Shown piece by piece: positions 7,240 to 15,739 of a stretch of 26,006 nucleotides of DNA. A model generated the notes under the pieces. It did no database searches and was not told where the DNA came from. It saw only the letters and a program-made list of their open reading frames with translations. Within the stretch, counting starts at the first letter, position 1, and each line of letters starts with the position of its first letter. The translations under genes were made by a program, and so were the position numbers. The stretch covers positions 1 through 26,006 of IMG/VR virus record IMGVR_UViG_3300032295_000150; one strand, given 5' to 3'. The DNA comes from a virus (taxonomy: Duplodnaviria > Caudoviricetes).

Positions 7240-8435
7240 TTGGCACCTGTCTTTCTACGAATTACACCATCAGCGCCTTCATAAAGAGCACCAACAGGAA
7301 TTTCCTTGTATCTTGGATCATCAACACCGCTTGCCTTCGGCAGCATCGCACTTTGCAGCGGGTTAGCAACAATCATCCTCGGGTCAAATCCGCGAGCAAT
7401 AGCGATTGCGTTGTACTGTCTTTCAAGCGCGCTAAGTTGTGGGATCTGACTCTTGACCGTTCCATACGCAGACTGCAAGAAGGCTTGACGCTGTTCTGGG
7501 GTTAATCGACCGCTGCCTTCAATCAACTGATTGTAACGAGCGCGAATTGACTCTTCGATGTTTCCAGCATTCTGCGCTGTGGCAAACTCACCCTCTCGCA
7601 CCACACTGCGCGGGTCAAGGATCTTCATGTACCCGAAAATCAATGCGATGTCATTTGCTGAAGTCGGGTTTGACCCTGCCTCAAGAACTTTAGACCACAT
7701 CGACCCAATGCTTCGATAGTCCTCTGTTAATGCATTCCATTCTTTTCTCAAAGAGCTTTCGTCGCCAAACGATGGGCCGCCAGATTTCGGTGGCGTCGTA
7801 TCGCGAACAACCTTCAGGTTGCCCATTGCATCTCTTTGTATGATGGAACCTTTAGGGAAGCCAAGAGCTGCAACCTCCTGGTCTGACAGCGTGACAACTT
7901 GATCCTTCGGCGGCGTGATGAACTTCCCGGTCTGCCGGTCATATACAGATCCGCCAACAACCTGCTGTCCAACCTGATCCTTCAACATTTCTTGAAGCAT
8001 CGGGTTCATCTTGAGCGCGTCCATGCCAGCCTGCGTGCCAGACAGCGCCATGGCGCCGGTCGGATCGCGGCGATACGGGGATTGAACACTGACGCCAGTC
8101 AACTCATCACCCGGTGTTTCTGCGCCGGGCGCAGTTGACAGCGGGAGGCCACCGTATAGACGGCCGGCGATCTGGCTAGAGGCCTGTCTTCCGGCTTCTA
8201 CTCGCTGCTCCATCTGGCGCTTCTCTTGCTGCTCTTGCCGCCGCTGCGCCAACTGTCCGATGCCACCGAGCAAGCCGACGCCACTGCCAAGGCCGCCGAT
8301 CGCATTGATCAGCGCCTCGCTCTGGAATCGACGAAGCTGCTCGTCGCTCATGTTCTCGACATCTTCGCCCAGAAGGCCGCCGACGTATCGCGTCAGCATT
8401 CCGGGTCGTCGTCGTCTTGTTGCTTGCTCTGCCAT
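7236..8435 (-). CDS. Putative ejection protein, 399 aa
   Basis: N-terminal Gly-rich hydrophobic segment and Gln-rich coil; DIALIFGYMKILDPRSVVREGEF motif that I associate with podovirus DNA-transfer proteins; synteny. Confidence 0.7.
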   Translation of the reverse strand: MAEQATRRRRPGMLTRYVGGLLGEDVENMSDEQLRRFQSEALINAIGGLGSGVGLLGGIGQLAQRRQEQQEKRQMEQRVEAGRQASSQIAGRLYGGLPLSTAPGAETPGDELTGVSVQSPYRRDPTGAMALSGTQAGMDALKMNPMLQEMLKDQVGQQVVGGSVYDRQTGKFITPPKDQVVTLSDQEVAALGFPKGSIIQRDAMGNLKVVRDTTPPKSGGPSFGDESSLRKEWNALTEDYRSIGSMWSKVLEAGSNPTSANDIALIFGYMKILDPRSVVREGEFATAQNAGNIEESIRARYNQLIEGSGRLTPEQRQAFLQSAYGTVKSQIPQLSALERQYNAIAIARGFDPRMIVANPLQSAMLPKASGVDDPRYKEIPVGALYEGADGVIRRKTGAK

Positions 8436-8445
8436 GTTTTATCCC

Positions 8446-8742
8446 TCAATCCCCGAGCAAGCCGCGAATCTTGCGGCCGCCGTATCGCTTGTACATGCCG
8501 CCATAGAGGCGGTTCGGATCGTAGACATCAATCGACATGTCTCGCACCTCACCCGGTCGCAGCGACAGCGTTGATGCCAGAGGATCATCGCCAAGCGCAC
8601 TGAGTACGCTCATGCTGTCTTCCGGCTCTGGCGCTTGGTACTGCGTGCCAAGGCTCTTGAGAATATCGACCGTGCGTTGCCCGACCGTCTTCTTTTTCTT
8701 GAAGAGATCGCCGGGGTTGCTCAATGGATTGGTATCTAACAT
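8446..8742 (-). CDS. Hypothetical virion-associated protein, 98 aa
   Basis: TGATG-coupled within the ejection gene block; ends RKIRGLLGD. Confidence 0.65.
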   Translation of the reverse strand: MLDTNPLSNPGDLFKKKKTVGQRTVDILKSLGTQYQAPEPEDSMSVLSALGDDPLASTLSLRPGEVRDMSIDVYDPNRLYGGMYKRYGGRKIRGLLGD

Positions 8743-10739
8743 CACGCTTTCCTCCGCTTGCCAGCGGTCTTGGATACTTTCTCGTCAAGCTCTTTGACCG
8801 CCTCGGTCAGAAGGCCGACCATCTGCGGCACGTCGTACTGACGCATTCCATCGCGACGGCGAGAGACTGCGCTCGGCATGACTTCCTCGAGATCCTGCGC
8901 AGAGATGCTCATGTCGCTCTCTCCGCCCATGTCCTCGTCTTCGTCGCGCCCGTATCCGTCTTCCCACTCGAACTCGATACCCTTCAAACGATTGACCTTG
9001 TCGAGCGGGTTGCGGATCTTCTTGACCTTGGTCTTCATGTCCATGTCTGAGCCGGTGCTGCCGCTGCCGCCACCCGGCATCGGGAACGAACCCACCGTCT
9101 GCCGGAAGATGTCGAAGTAGCTCGGCCGTCCCTGCACCGTCGTCGACCCCGTAACCGTCTGGTTGTACGGACTCGCCGCCACGGCACCCTGCAAGATCGC
9201 AAGCTGCTGGAGCGGGTACTGCGTGCGACGCATGAACTCCTGCTGCTGCGCGTCGAGGTACTGCTGCGCCAAGCCCTGCTGCCCTGCGCCAAGCGCCATC
9301 ATCTGCTGGCCTGCGCCGTAGCGGTTCTGCATCGCCGTCTGGCCGAAGCCAGCCAACTGCGCCCCTGTGCCAAGGCGGAAGTTAGCAGCGCCCAGACGTG
9401 CCGCCTCGTTGGCACGCTGCGCCTCGAGGATACGGCTTGCCTGGTCGCCCATCGCGCCAAGTTCGGTCTGTCGCGCTTGCAGGCCGGCCGACTGATTGGC
9501 GCGAGCGGCATCCAGCGATGCTTGCTGGTTGGCTTGTTCTGCCGTCAGGCCAAGTCGCATGTAGTTCTCGACCGCCTGCTGATTAGACTGCGCAGCCTGC
9601 AATCCGGTCTGTACGTTGGTCGTCTCGCCAGTGAGTCGCATACGCTCGGCTTCCTGCACGGCCGCCTGATTGGAGCGAGCCGCATCAAGCTGCGCCTGCT
9701 GGTTCGCCTGCTCTGCCGTGAGGCCGAGCCGCATGTAGTCCTGAATGGCCTGCTGATTGGACAGATCTGCGCGCAAACTAGCCTCGACGTTTTGCGTCTG
9801 CGCCGTCACGCCAAGGCGCTGCAACTCAAGGTCACGCTGCTGGTTGCTGATCTCGCCACGCTGCGCCAGTTCAATGATGTTCTGCGCTGCCGCTTGGTTG
9901 GAGATACCGGCCTGCTGCTCGCGACCAACGTCCGCCTCACGCTGCGCCTGCGCCTGCTGGAAGGCAGCCGCGCGCTGCTCGGCAATGAACCGATTACGCT
10001 CGCGCTCTGCCTCGCCTGCCGCGATACCTTCCTGCACCGCTTGACGCGAGCCACCGAAGGCACGCGCACGAGTCGCCTGCGCTCCGATGTCCTGCTGGCG
10101 CAGAGCGGCAGCGCGGTCAATGTCTGACAGCCCAGCCTCGATGACCTGCGACGTGTACGGCGACATATATGCGCCGATGTCGCGATCAAGAACAGAAGCG
10201 CCGCGCACAGTCGGCGCAGCGCCGGGGGCAGTAATATCACGAGCGGCAAAGGTGGTGCCGACCTGTCCGGCTCGCACGCGCTCTGGGCCACCAGCCAAAG
10301 ATGCACCCACGCGCTCTGCGCCAATCATCGGCGCAGCAAACTGCGTCCCTACTTGACCGGCACCGATCTGCATCGGGCCACCGGCCAAAGACCGGCCTAC
10401 TCGCTCTGCACCGATACGTTCGGCCATTACTCGAGGGTCAAAGGTTGGCGCACCAATCTGTCCAGACTGGAAGCCAAGATCTTGCGCAGCCTGTCGCGCA
10501 GCCATCTCAAGCTCTGGGACGTAGCCGCCTTCCTGCGCGATGCCGCGCACAGCGCGCTCACCGGCAAGATAGTCTTGCGTGAACGGCGCCACCATCAAGC
10601 CGGTGTACGGCTGGTATGGAATCGAGGCGACCTGTCTTGCCAGATCAAGATTCGCCAAGACCTGCTCATAGACCCTCGGGTCTATCTCGGTCTTCTGCGT
10701 CTCGGTCTTTTGTGTCTTGGACTTGAAAAGTTTACTCAT
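8742..10739 (-). CDS. Putative pilot/ejection protein (P22 gp7-like position) with C-terminal peptidase S74 chaperone domain
   Basis: Gln/Ala-rich helical body with YMSPYTSQVI and AFGGSRQAV motifs; C-terminal SDMDMK...FEW...SAQDLEEVMPSAV...LLTEAVKEL matches the S74 pattern. Confidence 0.75.
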   Translation of the reverse strand: MSKLFKSKTQKTETQKTEIDPRVYEQVLANLDLARQVASIPYQPYTGLMVAPFTQDYLAGERAVRGIAQEGGYVPELEMAARQAAQDLGFQSGQIGAPTFDPRVMAERIGAERVGRSLAGGPMQIGAGQVGTQFAAPMIGAERVGASLAGGPERVRAGQVGTTFAARDITAPGAAPTVRGASVLDRDIGAYMSPYTSQVIEAGLSDIDRAAALRQQDIGAQATRARAFGGSRQAVQEGIAAGEAERERNRFIAEQRAAAFQQAQAQREADVGREQQAGISNQAAAQNIIELAQRGEISNQQRDLELQRLGVTAQTQNVEASLRADLSNQQAIQDYMRLGLTAEQANQQAQLDAARSNQAAVQEAERMRLTGETTNVQTGLQAAQSNQQAVENYMRLGLTAEQANQQASLDAARANQSAGLQARQTELGAMGDQASRILEAQRANEAARLGAANFRLGTGAQLAGFGQTAMQNRYGAGQQMMALGAGQQGLAQQYLDAQQQEFMRRTQYPLQQLAILQGAVAASPYNQTVTGSTTVQGRPSYFDIFRQTVGSFPMPGGGSGSTGSDMDMKTKVKKIRNPLDKVNRLKGIEFEWEDGYGRDEDEDMGGESDMSISAQDLEEVMPSAVSRRRDGMRQYDVPQMVGLLTEAVKELDEKVSKTAGKRRKA

Positions 10740-11113
10740 AGTCTTTTCTCGAGCACCACTGCGGTGCGTTTGTAGCCCTCAAGCGCTTTTTGCCAGCCGG
10801 GGCGGCCCATGATGACCATCGCGTCGCATTGAATGCTTCGCGCCCATTCCTCAACAACAGGGCGAATGACGTTGTCGATTTCCTCGAGGTCTCCTGCCCC
10901 AATGACCACGGTCAGTTGCTTCATGCGCGGGAAGATGTCGATAGTCGTCATCACGCAGGAATTCTCTGCCGTCCAAAACTGGTACTCACCTTCGTTGATG
11001 CCATCGACCACGTCCTGATAGTTAATCTGGCCGTAGTTCTCTTTGAGCGTGCGCTCTATCAACTCCCGAAAGGGAGCCGTGATCTCGCTTGCATCTTGTA
11101 CGTCGTGCATCAT
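10736..11113 (-). CDS. GNAT-like virion assembly protein (P22 gp14/T7 gp13 positional equivalent)
   Basis: FPRMKQL..., EEWARSIQC...GRPGW...VLEKRL; located between the nozzle and the first ejection gene. Confidence 0.65.
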   Translation of the reverse strand: MMHDVQDASEITAPFRELIERTLKENYGQINYQDVVDGINEGEYQFWTAENSCVMTTIDIFPRMKQLTVVIGAGDLEEIDNVIRPVVEEWARSIQCDAMVIMGRPGWQKALEGYKRTAVVLEKRL

Positions 11114-12585
11114 CGGCGACCACTCTCGACCACATCGAGGCGCATGGTGCCCACGCGCCAGTCTGTATTCGGCGAAGCACCCGTGATGCGCATCGCGGCC
11201 TGGCGGCCGGAGAAGCGCACGTTCGTGTACGCGCCATTGATCGTGTAGGATTTTGTGGACTCTGCGCCCTCTGGCGTCAGTTTGGTCTTGAACTGCACCG
11301 ACACCGACCCGAGAGCCTTCTCGTCTGGTATCAGTTGCCGTGCCATCAGGGTGCGATCGCCATTGCCAAGCTCAATCGGCCCGGTTTCGGCATACGGACT
11401 TGCACCTTCGTATTCCAGTCCAACCTCGTGCTCGTAGACGTATCCATCGGTGGATACCATCAGCGGGTAGCTGAAGACCCCGCGATCGGTGCCAGCGGTT
11501 CGCGCCAGCGATCCGACTGCCCAGTGATTCTCCCTATAATTGTATGATACATAGGAGTCAATCTCTAGGCTTGTGGCGCTCGGGTAGAACCACCACACCT
11601 CGCCAAACTGGTTATTGGCGACGGCGTAAATCTTGGACTTTTGGGAGTCGTTAAGATTGGTAAAGACGTAGTCCAGAACGTCGCAGGAGATCGGCTTGAC
11701 GAAACCGTCGTAGATGAAGAAGCCGGCCGGCGACATCCAGAAGGCGACCGACTCCACGGCAGCTACCGCCTGCGGGCCAATTAGGCCGCAGCCAGAGGCG
11801 ATGCGCTCGAAGCCGTAGACAAACGGCGGCCCGACATAGTTCGCCGTGTGCACGTCCACATCGGTAAATAGCAAGTTGACGCCACGCAGGCGCTTGCCTG
11901 CCATAAGCGTGCCCGGCGTCTCTAACTCAAAGTCGCCCGCTTGGTTGGTAATGGCCGGCGTCCAAAGCGTGTTGTCTTCTTGGTCGCACCACTGCACCTT
12001 ACGGCCGACGCCACCCGCCCCAAGGGCGAATACAAAGCGCTCCTCGGTGACCATGACGGCCTTGTTGTCGATCGGCGCATTGGCAAGGGCTGCCGCATCC
12101 GAGCCGGTGCTTAACTGCCACTCGAGCAGCTTGCCGTCATCGTTGGAGCAGGCGATTAGGTACTGCCCCCAAGTATCCATCGTCCATGTCGTAGCCGGGT
12201 CGATGGAGCCGGAGTCAGGGCGCGAGACACCATAGGCATAGGAGCCAAAGGGGCCACCGCCAAAGCCGTTGTTGTAGGTGGCATCAGCACGCCCAGCAGT
12301 AAACCCTACCGGCGTGATGTCCGAGAGCGTGCCGCCCTCTGTCATCACATAAAGGTTGGTGTGCGTGCCAAGCGCAATCCATCGGTCGTTGGTGTTGTCG
12401 CGCCAAGTCAAAAGGCCACGGCACTTGCCGCTGACCGTATTGTTGGATCGCTTGCGCCAGCCGCCGACAGGGCGAATCGTGTCCTCGTACCAGCGCACGA
12501 GAGAAGAGTCGAACCATCGGCCTTTGGCCTGATAGTCCGTGCCGTTTTTGTACACTCCGGGGGGCAGCGTAATCGGCAGCAGCAT
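11110..12585 (-). CDS. Tail nozzle/packaged-DNA stabilization protein (P22 gp10/T7 gp12-like)
   Basis: 491-aa beta-rich, Trp-rich propeller-like protein (PPGVYKNGT, VQWCDQED, EVWWFYPS, RFSGRQ); synteny. Confidence 0.75.
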   Translation of the reverse strand: MLLPITLPPGVYKNGTDYQAKGRWFDSSLVRWYEDTIRPVGGWRKRSNNTVSGKCRGLLTWRDNTNDRWIALGTHTNLYVMTEGGTLSDITPVGFTAGRADATYNNGFGGGPFGSYAYGVSRPDSGSIDPATTWTMDTWGQYLIACSNDDGKLLEWQLSTGSDAAALANAPIDNKAVMVTEERFVFALGAGGVGRKVQWCDQEDNTLWTPAITNQAGDFELETPGTLMAGKRLRGVNLLFTDVDVHTANYVGPPFVYGFERIASGCGLIGPQAVAAVESVAFWMSPAGFFIYDGFVKPISCDVLDYVFTNLNDSQKSKIYAVANNQFGEVWWFYPSATSLEIDSYVSYNYRENHWAVGSLARTAGTDRGVFSYPLMVSTDGYVYEHEVGLEYEGASPYAETGPIELGNGDRTLMARQLIPDEKALGSVSVQFKTKLTPEGAESTKSYTINGAYTNVRFSGRQAAMRITGASPNTDWRVGTMRLDVVESGRR

Positions 12586-12591
12586 TGTGTC

Positions 12592-12828
12592 TTACTCCTT
12601 TGGAGCTGACATGGAGAACCAGCCCTTGACCATGCCCGTAATCAGGGCGATCGCAGCCGCAAGACCGGCGAGCCATTTAACAAAGGCCACGAGGTTTTCA
12701 GCCGTAGACCAAGCCGTTGCGAGCTTCTTCAAGTCCGCTTTGACTTCGGTCATGTCAGCCTGCAAAGCCTCGAAGTCTTTGCGCAGCAGCGCCAGCTCGA
12801 GCGCGTTGTTGGTTTCTTGCTCAATCAT
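12592..12828 (-). CDS. Small coiled-coil plus TM protein (holin/XhlA-like)
   Basis: N-terminal coiled coil followed by hydrophobic FVKWLAGLAAAIALITGMV. Confidence 0.6.
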   Translation of the reverse strand: MIEQETNNALELALLRKDFEALQADMTEVKADLKKLATAWSTAENLVAFVKWLAGLAAAIALITGMVKGWFSMSAPKE

Positions 12829-12836
12829 GGCTGGCG

Positions 12837-13037
12837 TTACTCAGCGGGTGGAGTTGGTTCTTCCGGCAGCTCCGGCTCGGGAGGCGGGGGTGGAGGTGAG
12901 AATACATTTCCGTCATAAACCCAACCCGGCCCAACATCAGCGGCGCACTCTACCCAAAGCCCAGAGATGCTCGGGCAATCATCCTGCTCGACCACCATCA
13001 AGACATGATCAATTTCTATGCAAGCCCATCGCTTCAT
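12837..13037 (-). CDS. Tail fibre assembly/chaperone-like small protein
   Basis: VGPGWVYDGNVFSPPPPPP motif typical of small proteins following Gly-rich tail proteins. Confidence 0.6.
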   Translation of the reverse strand: MKRWACIEIDHVLMVVEQDDCPSISGLWVECAADVGPGWVYDGNVFSPPPPPPEPELPEEPTPPAE

Positions 13038-13765
13038 GATTGGACAAACTCCTCAATGATGATGATTCCAGCCGATCCGTTTCCACCAGAGCCACCGGGA
13101 GAGCCGGCGTTTCCAGATCCGCCACCACCGCCGCCGCCATAGCCGGTGGCATTTCCTCCAGCGGCGCCACCACTACCGCCAACGCCACCAAACCCCATCA
13201 GGCTATCGCCACCGCCGCCACCACCTCGCGTGGCACCGCCAGCAGCCGATCCGTTTGCGGCGCGATATGCACCAGCGGCAGGGAAGTTGACGCCAGCTCC
13301 ACGGCCGCCTGCCGTGTTGTTTCCGCCTTCACCGCCAGCACCGCCTGAGTCGCCGCCTATTCCATAGCCGCTACCAAGTAATCCGCTACCAGAAGATAAG
13401 CTGCTGCCGGCAGAGCCTCCAAAAGAAGAACTAGAAGTTCCTCCGTTTGCAACGATCCCGCCAAATCTAGACAAGCTACCATTGGTTCCGCTTGATGCAT
13501 CACCGCCGCCTGTTCCTGCGGCACCTACAGCGTAATCGTACGATGAGGCAGAAAGTTTGATCCATACAGACCGAGATCCGCCGCCACCGCCGCCTGCACC
13601 GCCAGCAGATGAGTCGTTTCCGCCATTTCCGCCAGCGCCACCGCCAACCACTGTGACTCGAGCATAAGACTGGCTCGTGCTAATCGGCGTAAACGTGCCA
13701 GTACCACTGGTATAGGTCGTAACCTTGGCAGGAGATCCTCCGCCAAACTGTGAAAGAAAACTCAT
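13034..13765 (-). CDS. Glycine-rich tail (fibre tip) protein, 243 aa
   Basis: [10 protein letters not shown]...[10 protein letters not shown], polyglycine runs and [10 protein letters not shown] ending; ATG at 13765 overlaps the upstream stop. Confidence 0.75.
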   Translation of the reverse strand: MSFLSQFGGGSPAKVTTYTSGTGTFTPISTSQSYARVTVVGGGAGGNGGNDSSAGGAGGGGGGSRSVWIKLSASSYDYAVGAAGTGGGDASSGTNGSLSRFGGIVANGGTSSSSFGGSAGSSLSSGSGLLGSGYGIGGDSGGAGGEGGNNTAGGRGAGVNFPAAGAYRAANGSAAGGATRGGGGGGDSLMGFGGVGGSGGAAGGNATGYGGGGGGGSGNAGSPGGSGGNGSAGIIIIEEFVQS

Positions 13766-14670
13766 ACGATCACCCATCCTTCAGTGTTGTCGACAAAGCG
13801 GAGCTGCACGCTCGCATAAGGCGCGTTGAGCGTCATGTCTTCCGCAATTCCTTGAATTGGCTTTCCGTTGCGTGCGACCACGTTGGTTGTCAGGCCATTG
13901 GCTACCGTGACCCAAATAAAGTCACCAGCAGACGGCGAGCTTGGCAGCGTGACTGTGGTCGCAGATGCGTTGGTCAAAATATAGTGCGCATTCGCGGCAG
14001 CCGACTGAGTCGTGCCAGTCACGATGCTCATGGTCGGCGTGCCAAGCAAGGTGTTGGCAATCGTGATTGAGCCTGTTCCATTGGTGACGCTGATGCCGGT
14101 TCCTGCCGTCAGCGTGCCCTTGGTGAGCGTGTTGCCGGTAGTGTTACCAATCAACAACTGACCGTTGGTGTACGTCGTTTGCCCAGTACCACCATTGGCT
14201 ACCGGAAGCGTTCCAGAGACATTGGTGCCGAGCGCGCAGTACGTTGTTGATGTAGATCCGGTGCCGCCGTTTGCGATGGGCAATGTTCCCGTCACTCCAG
14301 TCGTGAGCGGCAGCCCGGTGGCATTGGTAAGCGTCACCGATGAAGGCGTACCAAGCGCAGGCGTCACCAGAGTCGGACTGGTCGCGAGCACGTTGTTGCC
14401 GCTGCCCGTGTTGGTGACGCTGACCACGTTCTTGCTGGCATCAAGTGCCAGCGCAGTCGATGCAGTCAGCGCAGACATGTTCTGCGTGCCGCCAACCTTC
14501 AGCACCTTGCCAGAACCGACCTGCAAGCCGACAGAGCTGCCGGTGCCGTCATCCTTGAAGATGCCGTCGACGATGTCGAAGTTGGTGTTAAGTTTTCCGC
14601 CCCAAGTGTCAGATGACGCGCCGACCTCCGGCTTCGTCAGTGACAGGTTGGTGGTTGTTGAATCTGCCAT
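13762..14670 (-). CDS. Tail fibre/spike protein, 302 aa
   Basis: N-terminal [18 protein letters not shown] attachment motif, repeated GTLPxANGGTG and C-terminal [11 protein letters not shown] domain. Confidence 0.75.
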   Translation of the reverse strand: MADSTTTNLSLTKPEVGASSDTWGGKLNTNFDIVDGIFKDDGTGSSVGLQVGSGKVLKVGGTQNMSALTASTALALDASKNVVSVTNTGSGNNVLATSPTLVTPALGTPSSVTLTNATGLPLTTGVTGTLPIANGGTGSTSTTYCALGTNVSGTLPVANGGTGQTTYTNGQLLIGNTTGNTLTKGTLTAGTGISVTNGTGSITIANTLLGTPTMSIVTGTTQSAAANAHYILTNASATTVTLPSSPSAGDFIWVTVANGLTTNVVARNGKPIQGIAEDMTLNAPYASVQLRFVDNTEGWVIV

Positions 14671-14680
14671 TCTTTATCCC

Positions 14681-15283
14681 TCACTGCAAAATTGCAGGAT
14701 GTGTCTTGACTGTCCACGTTTCAGCCGTGTCTGCGACCGGCGTCCAACTCTCTGCCGTATCAGATACTGCGCTCCACACTTCTGCCGTATCCGCCACCGG
14801 CGTCCACGTCTCCGACGTGTCTGCCTGTGTTGTCCAGACCTCTGCCGTGTCTGGTTCTGGCTCCCACTTCTTGCGCCCCGTGACAACCATCGTCGCCAAG
14901 GCGGCCATCGACAGCGTGCCAAACTGCACCCGAATGCCGGTGGCGGTCAGCGTGGCGACAGCGTCTAGCTGCGCTGCTCCAACTGCCACCTTGACCGCAT
15001 TGGCCGTGAGCGTGCTGACAGCAGGCAGCGTTGCCGCGCCAAATCTGACTCGCACTCCGGCAATGGTCGCTGTGGCTGCGGCATTCAGTGCCGCTTCGCC
15101 AAATCGCACTCTGGTGCCGACCGTTGTCACCGTCGCAGCGGCATTCATGGCAGAGGCGCCAAGGCGCACTCGAGTGCCCGCTGCTGCGATCGTGGCGGCA
15201 GCGTTTAACGTCGCCTCGCCACGATCCTCGCCCTCGCAGTACTCGAAGATCCAGTAACCGCCTAGGACGTAAAGGTTGCTCAC
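14681..15283 (-). CDS. Repeat-rich virion structural protein, 200 aa
   Basis: GTG start with GAGG SD; six 20-aa Ala/Thr repeats, then Trp-anchored 10-aa repeats. Confidence 0.7.
   Translation of the reverse strand: MSNLYVLGGYWIFEYCEGEDRGEATLNAAATIAAAGTRVRLGASAMNAAATVTTVGTRVRFGEAALNAAATATIAGVRVRFGAATLPAVSTLTANAVKVAVGAAQLDAVATLTATGIRVQFGTLSMAALATMVVTGRKKWEPEPDTAEVWTTQADTSETWTPVADTAEVWSAVSDTAESWTPVADTAETWTVKTHPAILQ
14714..14866 (-). repeat. Degenerate 30-bp coding tandem repeat (WxxxxDT[AS]Ex, five units)
   Basis: Trp codons recur exactly every 30 bp from 14866 to 14716. Confidence 0.85.
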
Positions 15284-15285
15284 TC

Positions 15286-15603
15286 TTAGGCCGCCTCACT
15301 CCACGGCAACGGCTTGGTAACGACCGGCGGGTTGATCTGCGCGTCAAGTTCCCGCGCCACGTTCGCCTCAACCTCGGCCTTGTCTACGCCGTTTGCCCAA
15401 ATCCAACCCAGCACGATGTCCTCGGTTAGGTCGGGGTAGGCCACGAAAACGTCGCCCGGTGAAGCAAAGCCCATGCTGCCGTAGTTAGAGGCGCTGTAGT
15501 CGCCATCCACCGCAATGCAGCGCCACGTTGCCGTCACCACAACATCGGTCAACAAGCCGTCCTGCGGCTTGACGATCATGCTTTCCACTTTCCAATTAAC
15601 CAT
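15286..15603 (-). CDS. Tail-fibre-associated protein, 105 aa
   Basis: FVAYPDLTEDIVLGW and INPPVVTKPLPW motifs seen in small proteins downstream of S74-type fibres. Confidence 0.7.
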   Translation of the reverse strand: MVNWKVESMIVKPQDGLLTDVVVTATWRCIAVDGDYSASNYGSMGFASPGDVFVAYPDLTEDIVLGWIWANGVDKAEVEANVARELDAQINPPVVTKPLPWSEAA

Positions 15604-15739
15604 TGCTTTGTTCCTTTAAAGCTGCGTCAGCCTGCTCTTTGATCTTGACCAACAACGGCCACGCGCCGCTGCTTGTTGGGAGTTGTCCCAATACTTGCAG
15701 GATGGCCTGCACTTCCTCGGGTGTAAGGTCTAGTTTCAT
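15596..15739 (-). CDS. Small helical protein, 47 aa (fibre-associated)
   Basis: MKLDLTPEEVQAILQVLGQLPTSSGAWPLLVKIKEQADAALKEQSNG; GGAGG SD; ATGA overlap with the fibre stop; below the ORF track cutoff. Confidence 0.75.
   Translation of the reverse strand: MKLDLTPEEVQAILQVLGQLPTSSGAWPLLVKIKEQADAALKEQSNG

Noticed and set aside
14700-14870. 30-bp periodic repeats as a CRISPR array
   Set aside because: The units are degenerate, contiguous and in frame within a protein, with no unique spacers and no cas operon.
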